This document shows, piece by piece, positions 52,151 through 64,000 of a stretch of DNA of 64,000 nucleotides. The notes below the pieces were generated by a model that was not told the DNA's origin, did no database searches, and saw only the letters and a program-made list of their open reading frames with translations. The stretch is from the human T2T-CHM13v2.0 reference genome, Homo sapiens. The first letter of the stretch is position 1. Every line of letters begins with the position of its first letter. Both the position numbers and the translations under genes were made by a program. The stretch lies in the NCBI RefSeq assembly GCF_009914755.1, contig NC_060929.1, one strand, 5' to 3'.

Positions 52151-54250
52151 TGTCTTAGTTTGGGCTGCTATACAAAATACCATAGATTGAGTGGCTTACA
52201 AATAACAAAAAAAGTATTTCTTACTGTTCTAGGGGTTGGAAGTCCAAAGTCAGAGTGCCAGGATGTTCTGGTTTTGGGGAGGGCCCTTTTGCAGGCTGCA
52301 GACTGCTGGGTTTTTGTATAAGCACATGGGGAAAGAAGTGAGAGCTCTCTTAGGTCCCTTTTATAAGAACACTAAGCCTATTCATGAGGCCTCTACTGTC
52401 ACAACCTAATTACCTCCTGAAGGTCCCACATACTAATACCATTACATTGACAGTTAAGATTTCAATATACAGATTTTGAGGGTACACTTTAAAAATTCAG
52501 TCCGTAACATTCTGCCCCAGGTTCCCCAAAATTCATGTCTTCACATGCAAAATGCAGTCATTCCATTCCAACAAATCCACAAGTCTTAACTCATTCCAGC
52601 CTCAAGTCCAGTCTAAAGTCCAAGGTCTTATTTAAATATTACCTAAATCAGATGCAGGTGAGCTTCACGGTACAGTTCATTCTCACAAAATTTCTCTTCA
52701 TCTGTGAACCTGTGGAATCAAACAATATGAATTTTCAAAATACAATGGTGAGACAGGCATAGGATAAACATTCCCATTCCAAAAAGAACCACTATTCGAA
52801 AAAAATAAAATATATGAATGCTGGATCCCAAGTAAATCTAAAACCTAACAGGGCAAACTCCATCAAACCCTAAGGTTCAAGAAGCATCCTCTTTGGCTTG
52901 ATGACTCACCTTCCAGACAGTCCCCGACAGCTCAGTGAGGCACTCCTCGCTGCTGACTCTATGCACTGGACCCACTTATGGCACAGTCTTTTGTCAGGGC
53001 TGAGGTCACTCACCCAGGGCTTCACTGGATGGCCCTCCCACACAGCTCCTCTGAGCATCATTTCTGTCCTTTGAAATCAGAATGGAGGCAACCATGGCCC
53101 ACCTTGCCATACCCTCTGGATTTTTGCTAAAAGTAGCAGCTGTAATTGTCTCCAAATCCCCTTTGAGCCCCCCTTCCTTAATTTTGAAGAAGAGAATAGC
53201 ACACATCCACAACTGAATAGCTCTCTGCTCTCGGGTCCAGGCCTGTAGGGCTTAAGCATTCTGAATGTCTTCCTTTATTTCGTCCCATTATCTCTGTTTC
53301 CTTTAGTCCCAACTGGCAGTGTTTCTCCTGGTATAATCCCATTTCTAGTCATGGTTTGTGTTGAGATGTTTGATTAAGCCTATGGTTCACACCCATATTA
53401 ATCAAATCAGTAAGGGTCCGAAACACTCCTCATGTTCTCTTCAGAACACACTTTCTCGCTTTTTTTGCAATATGGACAGGCTGAGAATTTCCCAGATCTT
53501 AAATTATGGTTACTTTTTCCTTAACCATTCCATCTTCAAACCTTTTTCTTTTTCTACATTTGACTCTACAGATTCAGAAGGAACCAAGCTGCTGCTTCTA
53601 CATGTTGCTGAGAAATCTGCTGGGTTAAATGTCCAATTTCACTGCACACAAGTTCCACCTTCCGCAAAACACAAGAGCATGAATACAATTCAAAAAAGTT
53701 TGTTTCCACTTTTCAACATGGATTGCTTTTGCTCCATTTTCCAATAACATATTCATTTCCATTTGAGACTCCAACAGAATGACCTTTACTGTCCATATTT
53801 TATCAATATTCTGTTCATGATTATTTAATTATTTTCTGAGAAGACAGCGTTTTCTTCTATATTTCTTTCCGAGCCCTCACGAGAATTGGCTTTTAAATTT
53901 TTTCCACAGTAATCTAGCATTTTGCATAAAACCTCATCAATCTCTGCCAATCACTGAGCCCAAAACCATTTTCACTTTGTTTTAGGTATTTATAATAACA
54001 GCACTCCCACTTCTCATGATCAATTTCCATCTTCAGCAGTTCAGGCTGCTTTAATAAAGTTCCATAACCTGAGTGGCTTTTAAATAACGGAATGCACATC
54101 TCACAGTTCTGGAGGCTGGAAGTCCAACAGCAGAGAGCCAGCATAATTGGGTTCTGGTGAGAGAGCTCTCTTGGGTTTCAGACTGCTGCCTTCTCAATGC
54201 AGCTTCACATGGTGGACAGAAAGAGCTCTCAAGAGTCATTTTTAAGGGAC
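52151..54250 (-). mobile_element. MLT1/MST-type MaLR with LTR, internal region and partial second LTR
   Basis: tgtcttagtttgggctgctata...aataccatagattgagtggctta; internal cattcccattccaaaa, tttactgtccatattt; second LTR tctcacagttctggaggctggaagtccaa. Confidence 0.7.
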
Positions 54251-56324
54251 TATAGTTTACACTAATCTGTTGTATGTTTCAAAATAGCTAGAAGATATAG
54301 CTATAGTTTGTGTCTACCATAAGGCAAAGAAATTTATTTGAGATGATTGGCTACCCCAGTTATACTGATTTCATCTTTACAAATTATATCGTTGTATTAA
54401 ATTATCACATATACTCTCAAAATATGTACATCTATTACTATATATTAATGAAATAAATTAAAAAGTTGAGAAATAATAGAAAACAAATCTTATGCTTCAA
54501 ACATCTTTATTAAAAGATACAGTTGTTAATATTTTAAAAATTTTAGTTTATACAAATCTAAAATTTTATGCATTAGACATAGAACAGAAAATCAGTCAGG
54601 TTAATAAAATTTAATATAGAAATTTTTGCATATATATTGCTGCTTTAGCTTATGTAAACTTTATGATGGCCAACAAAAGAGCAAGATGGATCAGACACAT
54701 CAGATTTAATTGTTTTAACTGAAAGTGACAAATATTACTTTCACTCACGGTCCATTAGCCAAACCTAGTCACATGGCCAACATCACTGCAAGGAAAACTA
54801 CAGGGTCAAAATCCCTTGGTCCACCAACGAGAGTAGAAGAGCTGAGTCTTTCTGAGAGACAAATGAGATAACATATTGAAACACTTAGTAATATCTGTTT
54901 TTATCTCATTATTACTGTTAATTGCACTTGTTTTAGGTGTGTCTCTCTCAGTTCTTTTTACTGTTAGTATATCTGGAGTTAGAACGTGTTGATTCTACAA
55001 TATCCTAGTCATTTAAATAAAAATGGTTGGGAAGAAAAACTATGGCATTATTTCAATTTTGTTCTTCTTTAGTAAGAAAGATCCCTTCTAACTCTACTCC
55101 CACATCTACAATATCTGAAATACAGACTTTCTGTGGACTACCTGCCATGATATGTGTACTATCAATATGTTCACTTTCAGATGCAGCAAAAATAAAGTTA
55201 GGTAAGTTCCAAAAGCTGAGAGCTCCCTTCATTGGTAACAAATTAGCACCTATGGACATTTTGCATACATATATACTACTACATTCTGCACAAGAAATTG
55301 TGCTTGTTATAAAGGCAGGACTATCCTCAAGGAAACCTTGAGTTATCCACAGTTAATTCAGAATAAATATCAATGGATTGCAAAGTCCTCTGCTAAGGCT
55401 CTGAATTTGCACCTTTAAAGAAATCAGCCTTTCACATTTATTAGAGGTACGAACTGTTAATATACTTAATTTTTGCCTTTTATTAAATCAAGATTCTAAT
55501 AGACAATAGGTTATAAAATGCTGCATACTGATGAAAAAAAATTCAAGCCAAAAACTACTAGCAAATTCTGCTAATAAACATTTTAGATAAAATATAGTTA
55601 CATTTTTGTTTTGAGCTCATCTGAATCAATTGTGTTAGAGTTCTGATTACTAGTTTTTCTCATTGCTATTTCATAATAAAAAGGCTATGCAAATGAGGTT
55701 CATTAATTATTAACTACAGTTTTAAATCATTTACTTATTTACATCTGCAACATTCTTCTACAGATTTCAATAAATTTTTGAGTGTTTTTATAACCAGAAT
55801 GGTCTTGAGGGGATTCCCATAGAATTATAGATAATTTGATAAAGCAATATAAACATCATAAAATTATTCCTATTGTCATTTAATTTTGAAATACATAACA
55901 TAATACAAATTGAGCAACATATCTAGTTAATGTCAAAATCATATGTCTCAAAAGCACACTATACTTTAAATTACCATGTAATTATATATCAAATTACTCA
56001 TTAAAAATAGCATTACCTACCTTCCAAAATGAATTCTTTTAAATTATTTTTAATTCAACAGCAAAAATTTAAATGGAAGTAGGAGCTTGATTGCATATTA
56101 TATTTTTGGATTACATCACAAATAAAAATATACTTTATGAAAATTTCTCTATTCATTGTTTAATTGCAATATATCTTAGCTGAGTTACATTTATTAAATG
56201 CAGACAGTTAACTATTAAACATTAAAACAATTTAGAACAATATTAAAGCAATAAGGCTAATTTTCCTCTCTTTCCTGTCAGGTGAAGACAATATTCCAGC
56301 ACTAGAAATAATAAGGATGTATAC

Positions 56325-56327
<3 letters not shown>

Positions 56328-56375
<48 letters not shown>
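56328..56375. repeat. (CA)n(TA)n microsatellite
   Basis: Direct reading. Confidence 0.95.
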
Positions 56376-56376
<1 letters not shown>

Positions 56377-58835
56377 AAACATATGGCAATTAGTCTTAAA
56401 ATCATACTTCAAGTTATTTATTAGTAATGATTACACATAATTATTTTTGAAATGTGTTGGTTCCATGTGTTTCTTCTGTGTTCTATAAATGCAATGTAAA
56501 ACTCTCACTGAGATAAAAATCCCATAATCTTCTCTTTTCAAAAATTATTATAAACTATTAGTATAATATGTGCATATACTAACATATGCATACTCCCTCA
56601 GCTGTAAACATACTTCAGTTATTTATGACTTTGGACTGCAAAAGGGACAATCATAAATATAACATATATATTACATAATTTTTTTCTAATATTAGTTACC
56701 CTTTTATTATTTAGACAGTATCAATGATGAGACTTTACTAAAACACCTAAGGAATAATTTCTATAATTATATATTTGTATAAATATCAATAAATATCTCA
56801 ACTTCTTTGGATGTGTTTCTTGATTTTTTTCTATCAAATAAATATAAAATGTCACCATGAAATAAGTGCCCCCAAATGGTAATAATCATGTATTGCTGAA
56901 CTAAATTGTTGAATGCCACACAATTAGTGTTACTATATAAAGCAGTTAGAAAATATCTAACACTTTCTATGTAAACTATTAGATATTTTAAATTTAAGTA
57001 CCTTATTATGTTAGCATATGCCCTTCCCATGTGGGGGATAATGAATAAATAGGAAGATTACACTTTTCCAATATCAGTATTGCTCACAGCAAATCACTTT
57101 TTCATTCAATCAGAGTCACTGCTGTCAATGAACTGCATTTAATTCGCAAGGGTAACTATTGCATTTGGCTTGCATTAAATTATTTTATGTTGCTGATTTT
57201 AGCTCATCATTTTTCTTAGATGATAAACTCCCTGATGACAATTACTGTGTGCTCACTATATTACCTCAAATGGGAGAAGTATATGAGACATTAGTCTTCA
57301 TTGAATGGCGCTCATAAAGAAATCTAAACCCTGACTCAAGGGGTGGAGAATTAATACTTTGACATAGTTAATTGGGTAATTGCCTTAATTACTGAGGCCC
57401 ATGAACAAAATGAATAATGTGAGTTTATTCACATTTTACATTTAGTAAGAAAAACTTCTTAACTATCAACTGAAATTACCTTCAATGTCCTTTTCTGGTG
57501 ATAAGAAACATAGTGAACTTAATCTAATTTTCTCAAGTCATTATTTACAGAGAGGAAAAAATTCTAACCAAAGAGTGTATTAAAAGTGGACCAGAATCCT
57601 CCTGAGCCTAATAGATATGAATGCCTATAGTTACCTTGTTAAAATGAAGGAATTTTAAAGAAAATAGTCCATTTGCTTGAGAAACAGTAATATTTTATTT
57701 TTATTATTTATTGCTTGACTATTCATTGAACATTCAAATCCCTAGAAAGAAAAATATATTTAGGCACCAACAATAAAAGTATCATTGCCAAATTAAATTT
57801 TCAAATACAAGGCAAGCAACTCTGTATCTCATCCATTGATTTCCATCTGTCTCTTGTTTCATTTATTTCCTCGGGGTTAATTATTCTTTATAGACTTACA
57901 ATCATTAATACATATCCATACTTGTTATATGTTAGTTGAAAAATAAGGTAAATGGTTATTATTGTTAATAATAAATGACAATGTAGACTAAGGTGCTATA
58001 TCTATTTATATGTAAGGTAGTTCAAAACCGTAAATCTATCAGATAGTTCCTCTATTAATGAACAAACAAGTTTATTTTCTCAATATTTCCAATTTGGTAA
58101 AGTTACCTTATAAATGTGATAAGTGAGCTTTATTTTTTATAAAGATATTCTTTTATATTCATAGAAAATATATTAGGTAATGTCCGAAGACCTTATCCCA
58201 AAATCTAAAAATTTTCTTAAATTACCAAAATTAACTAAAATAAGCCATAAAGTGTTACCATCTATTGCCAGTTTTTCAAGTCAACTTTAAATAAACATAT
58301 TTAGAATAACTTTTAAATGTTTATTACTCAAAACATAGTCTAGATAGAACATTAAATCTCCACATTTTAGAGTATTGTAAACATATCAGAAAGTACAGTA
58401 AATATTTTATCAATAACCTACACCAAATTTGACACCAAATAATTGACATCAATGTCTTCTTTAGTATTGCTATTTTTTTCTATACTGAAGTCTTTCATAT
58501 CTGGGGTACATTTCTTTAAGGCCAAATTTATTCGTTTAGTTTTGTGTTTTGGTAGATTAGCAAGGTTGTTTAATATATTGTTATTATTACCAACATTTTC
58601 TTATATTTATCCTAGTCATATAAAACAATTTCAGATAACACTTTATTGAAAAATATTTTACTATGTAAATAAGAAATGTTTGCACAACTGTAAACAAAAA
58701 AATGGTCATTAACAGCATATATTCTCTCCATCAGTGAGGCTAAAATAATCTTTGGTCTTTTCCCATCATTTCATATACAGTAAGAGCACATCTTGTGTTA
58801 CGTATTAGTTAACTGACTTAAACTGTGATTACTGG

Positions 58836-59236
58836 GTGTGATGATTAGTAGTATATGTCAGGTTGACTTGGCTAAGGGATGCCAAGATAGCTGAAAAAAC
58901 ATTATTTTTGTATGTGTCTATGACGGTTTCAAATGTTAGACTGAATAAAGATGTGAGTGGGCATCATTCAACCTGTTGAGAGCCTGAATAGAACAAAATA
59001 GTAGAAAAAGGGTGAATTCACTCTCTCTGTTTGTCCTCAGATGTCAGAGCTTCTGGTTCTTGGGGCTTTGAACTTGGACTGGATCATACCATCAGCTTTC
59101 TGTTTCTCTAGCCTGCAGTTGGCAGATTGTTGAACTTCTTGGCCTTAACTATAAGCCAAGGGCTATAATCTCTGTTTCTGTTTCAATATCAATATCCCAT
59201 TGATTGTGTTTCCATAGGGAACTCTGACTAATATAC
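58836..59236 (+). mobile_element. MLT2 (ERVL) LTR
   Basis: tgtgatg...tatgtcaggttgacttggctaagggatgcc...gggaactctgactaatata. Confidence 0.75.
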
Positions 59237-59374
59237 TGGGTTTATTTTTTCATGGAAATGTTAATAACATACTTGTACAGACTGAGCAGAAGATGTAGCA
59301 TGCTGGAGTCTGGTTTACTCAAAGCAGATACTAAGAAGAAAATTCCGAAAATTCCAATAGAAATATAAGAAAAT

Positions 59375-59782
<408 letters not shown>

Positions 59783-61484
59783 TTAAAAATGGAATATTTT
59801 AGGAACTAGTATTAAAATTATACTTTATACTTCATTTTGTTATTAAAATACTGTATGTGGTTAAATGTATAAACACATTTAAATATAACAAAGTTCCTAA
59901 ATTCTATGTGTAATTCCATACCATTATGAGTGGACTATAAGTAGTGTTTATTTTGTCTTCCTTCTTATTTCTGTAAATCACAGTGTCTGTGTGAAAAAAT
60001 CAGCTACTTACTCATTGTTCTTGAAGAAATTGTAAGAATTACCATAAATCTATGTGTTGATATTAGATTACAAGTTAAATGTTCTGGTCATGTAATTTGG
60101 CATGTTTATTCATAGAGCTCTTAGGGGATGGATCTTCCTAAACTTGTGGTTTCATGCCCCATTATCTTTTCTGGTGGCTGTTTGGGGAAAAGAGACTTAA
60201 AATGCATGAGTTAGCACCCTCTTCTCTTCTCTTTTGAAATCTGTTAGCTGCTAAGAGAATATGTTCTAGTTTGCTCTTGGCCATGCACTCTCTTAGTGGC
60301 ATTGGCTCTGTCTACACTTTGAGTAATATTGATTTGGCCTTTAATTTGCAAAAACTAAGCCATATTCTCCAATATTAATTTTATCGGTGAAATTACCTTT
60401 TTTGTCTATTAGTGTGACTCTTACATCTGTGACTCAGGCATACGGTATTATTATCCAGCCCTTAAAAAAGGACCCAAAAGCTTAGAGCCTTGGCTTCTTT
60501 TGTGTCTTTAAGTTGAGCAGTTTGCCTTAGATATCTCTTGCCTTAGCTCTCATCTTCTTGGGTCTTTCCTTAAACGTCATTTTTTTTTTTTCAGTGTAGT
60601 CTTAGCCACTTTACTTAAACTCTGGAGTCTCCAACCTCATACCAGACATTTCTATTTCCTTCCTCTGACTTTATTAGTGCAGTTATTGTCATCAATTGTA
60701 TTCTATTTTTTATTGTTTGAACCATTTATTCTCTGTTTACTTCACTGGAATTCAAGTTCCATGGAGGCAAACACGTTTGTTGACATGACTGATAGCATGT
60801 AGAACAGCAGTCCCTGGCACAGAGTAGATATTCAGTGAACATGTGAACTTTGTTATTAAGAAAATCACTCAAACCGAAACGTATAAAGTGGACGCAATGT
60901 AGAGAATAAGTGTGTTTTTGCAAAGGAAAAAGATTTTGAAAAAGTCAATATTTTGAGAAATAGCCTCTCAGAGTTTCTATTCCTACATTGATCATGAACG
61001 AAACTGAAGCAAAATAGTAATAAAATTAGTAACTTATTATTAAAATAATTTAAAATACAACATTCATAAACCTGTGTGTGCATCTAACAGTATCAAAATA
61101 AATCAGAACTTTTTGGAACTGTTAGAAAGCATCCATACTCACAGTAAAAAATTATGATCTGATAGGCCAAGAATACATTGGTAATGAATAAGGAATATCT
61201 AAAAAAAATGCATTAATAAGCTTAATTAAATGGGTATATAAACAAACTGTCACACAACAAAGATAAAAAATATATACTATTTAATAAAGTAATTCTTTTA
61301 AATTTTAAAAAATACAAACATTCTCATTTAATTCTGAAAGTAAATATCATATAAATCATTCTGTAAGAAATAAAATTAATTAGTAAATCTATAAATTAAC
61401 TTTTTTCAGATAGTGATAGAATCATTTTTATATCCCTTCAATCATCAATATAATGGACTAAATACACAGACTTATTAAAAATTT

Positions 61485-61780
61485 ATTATTATTATTTTGA
61501 GATGGAGTCTCACTCTGTCACCCAGGCTTGAGTGCCGTGGCACAATCTTGGCTCTCTGCAACCTCCGCCTCCTGGGTTCAAGCTATTCTCCTGCCTCAGC
61601 CTCCCGAGTAGCTAGGACTACAGGCACAAGCCACCACGTCTGGCTAATTTTTGTATTCTTACTAACAAGGAGGTTTTACCAGGTTGGCCAGGCTGGTCTC
61701 GAACTCCTGACCTCAGGTGATCCGCCTGCCTCAGCCTCCCAACGTGCTGGGATTACAGGGGTGAGCCACCGCGCCCGGCC
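61485..61780 (-). mobile_element. Antisense AluS
   Basis: Alu reverse-complement consensus. Confidence 0.9.
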
Positions 61781-63279
61781 CACATTATTTTTATACAATA
61801 TAAAGACAAACTAGAGCACATTATTGAATATATTTCATGTGTCATTGCTTTATTTCAGGAATTAAGTCTGAACAATAATACTGTGAGGTGTAGTGCCAAT
61901 TTTATTGCCTCATTTAGAACACCTGCTGTATTTCAGAGACTTAAGAACTGAAAAAAAAAGCATATTTAGTTTCATCTTTAGTAATAATATTCTACTAGTA
62001 TATTTTATTAATAAAATAAATTTTACTTCACTTAAATGAAAAGATAATATGTACCTCGTTAGAATTTATCTTCAAAAAATACACTAAATCTCAGATTTAT
62101 TTCAAACATCTGTAGAGAACTAAAGATCACAATTCCTTGATATTTCATAGACTCACATAATAGTTAAGTGAAAGGATAGATTTTTAGCACAATCCCTTTT
62201 GAATATGTGAAGAAATGAAGATTGAATTTTTGCCCCTGGCTTTATTCCTGATCATCAGGTCAATCCCCTTTTCTTCAAAATAAATAGTTTCTTTCACTCT
62301 GGAGCTTGTGAAAACATGTGAATTCTTAATTTCTCCTAAATATATGTTAAATATAGTGTTGTTTATTTTGAAGTGATTTTAGTGTTTCTAAATATAGATG
62401 CCCTTCAGTTCTTTAAATATTATAAAAAATAATAAATTTTCAACACAAAGACTATCAAATAATTTAGCCAAGTTATTTTTATAAGTCAAGTAGAAGTCAC
62501 TAAGAGGTTACCAAAAGTAATCTCAGGAGTACAGACCAGTTACCATCAGTAAGGGAAACAGTGTGTGTAAGCTAGACTCCAATAAATCACCATGTAATGC
62601 CAGCTGTCTTTACTTTTGAAACTTTTTTTTTTCCTTTCTAACAGGTTCTACTACATCATAGATGCAAGGTCTGGGAGTCTTTAGATAGGAAACTAGAGTC
62701 AATAAAATTGATCATTTTCACCCATGCAATCTTTCAATCCACAAAGGGAGGAAAATATTTTGTTTTCTTTTTAGTTCTATTTGTATGAACACCCAATTGC
62801 TCTTCTCTGCTTTTCCCAATGAAGTTATCTTATAGTAACAGCAAATTCTACAAGATTTGAACTTCAATAGTCTTACAAAAATGAGAAAATACCTACCATC
62901 CAGTTAGCAACAAAATTCGTTATTTATTACTATTTATTTCAAACTCTACAACTCAACAACAGATTCCTGTTGTTGACTCATGAGGATTTTTCTGGACTGC
63001 TAAGGTGAACCTTAGAAACAGAAGGCCTGCATGACTTCAAGGAACATTTTATACATAAAATAATATTAAACTACAGAATTTATTTTGTCAACATACATTT
63101 AGTTATATACACAATGTGTGTTTATTAATAAATTTATTGAATGAATCAATAATTTAAAAACATTGACCTGTTAACAAATGAAGTAAAGTATTTTTTATCA
63201 ATTTATATCAGTAATCTTTTATATATATTTAAAGGTTTTACAGAATTTGGTTGTTTTCAAGGTTAATAGTTCTGAAGAT

Positions 63280-64000
<721 letters not shown>

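Noticed and set aside
55027-55341. Overlapping 104-aa (+) and 68-aa (-) ORFs in unique AT-rich DNA
   Set aside because: No recognisable homology or splice structure; lengths compatible with chance.

Overview
Human/hominoid genomic DNA (AluY, AluS/J, L1PA2-like, THE1/MST/MLT LTRs) from a segmental-duplication mosaic. Bases 1-28509 are the end of a direct tandem array with a ~20.29-kb period: 1-8216 recurs almost identically at 20293-28509. Each unit carries, on the + strand, a non-processed beta-glucuronidase (GUSB) pseudogene fragment (exon 5, truncated exon 6, exons 9 and 10). The one complete unit also carries, on the - strand, a THE1 LTR element upstream of an intronless 1164-codon POM121-like ORF built from ~807-bp in-frame tandem repeats and ending in a hydrophobic tail. 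After the last unit the GUSB pseudogene continues to exon 11 (32936-33070). Near 34813 it joins abruptly to ~29 kb of AT-rich, old-repeat-containing DNA with no recognisable coding gene. The GUSBP + POM121-like combination fits the 5q13 SMA-region/5p14 duplicon family; this is inferred and the exact paralogue cannot be determined. Most notable: the GUSB exons in each unit (188+92+85+175 = 540 nt) form a stop-free reading frame that closes on itself, because the frameshifts compensate. Unit-to-unit splicing or back-splicing would therefore give an uninterrupted 180-aa repeating ORF. Expression of this ORF and of the POM121-like ORF cannot be shown from sequence alone.
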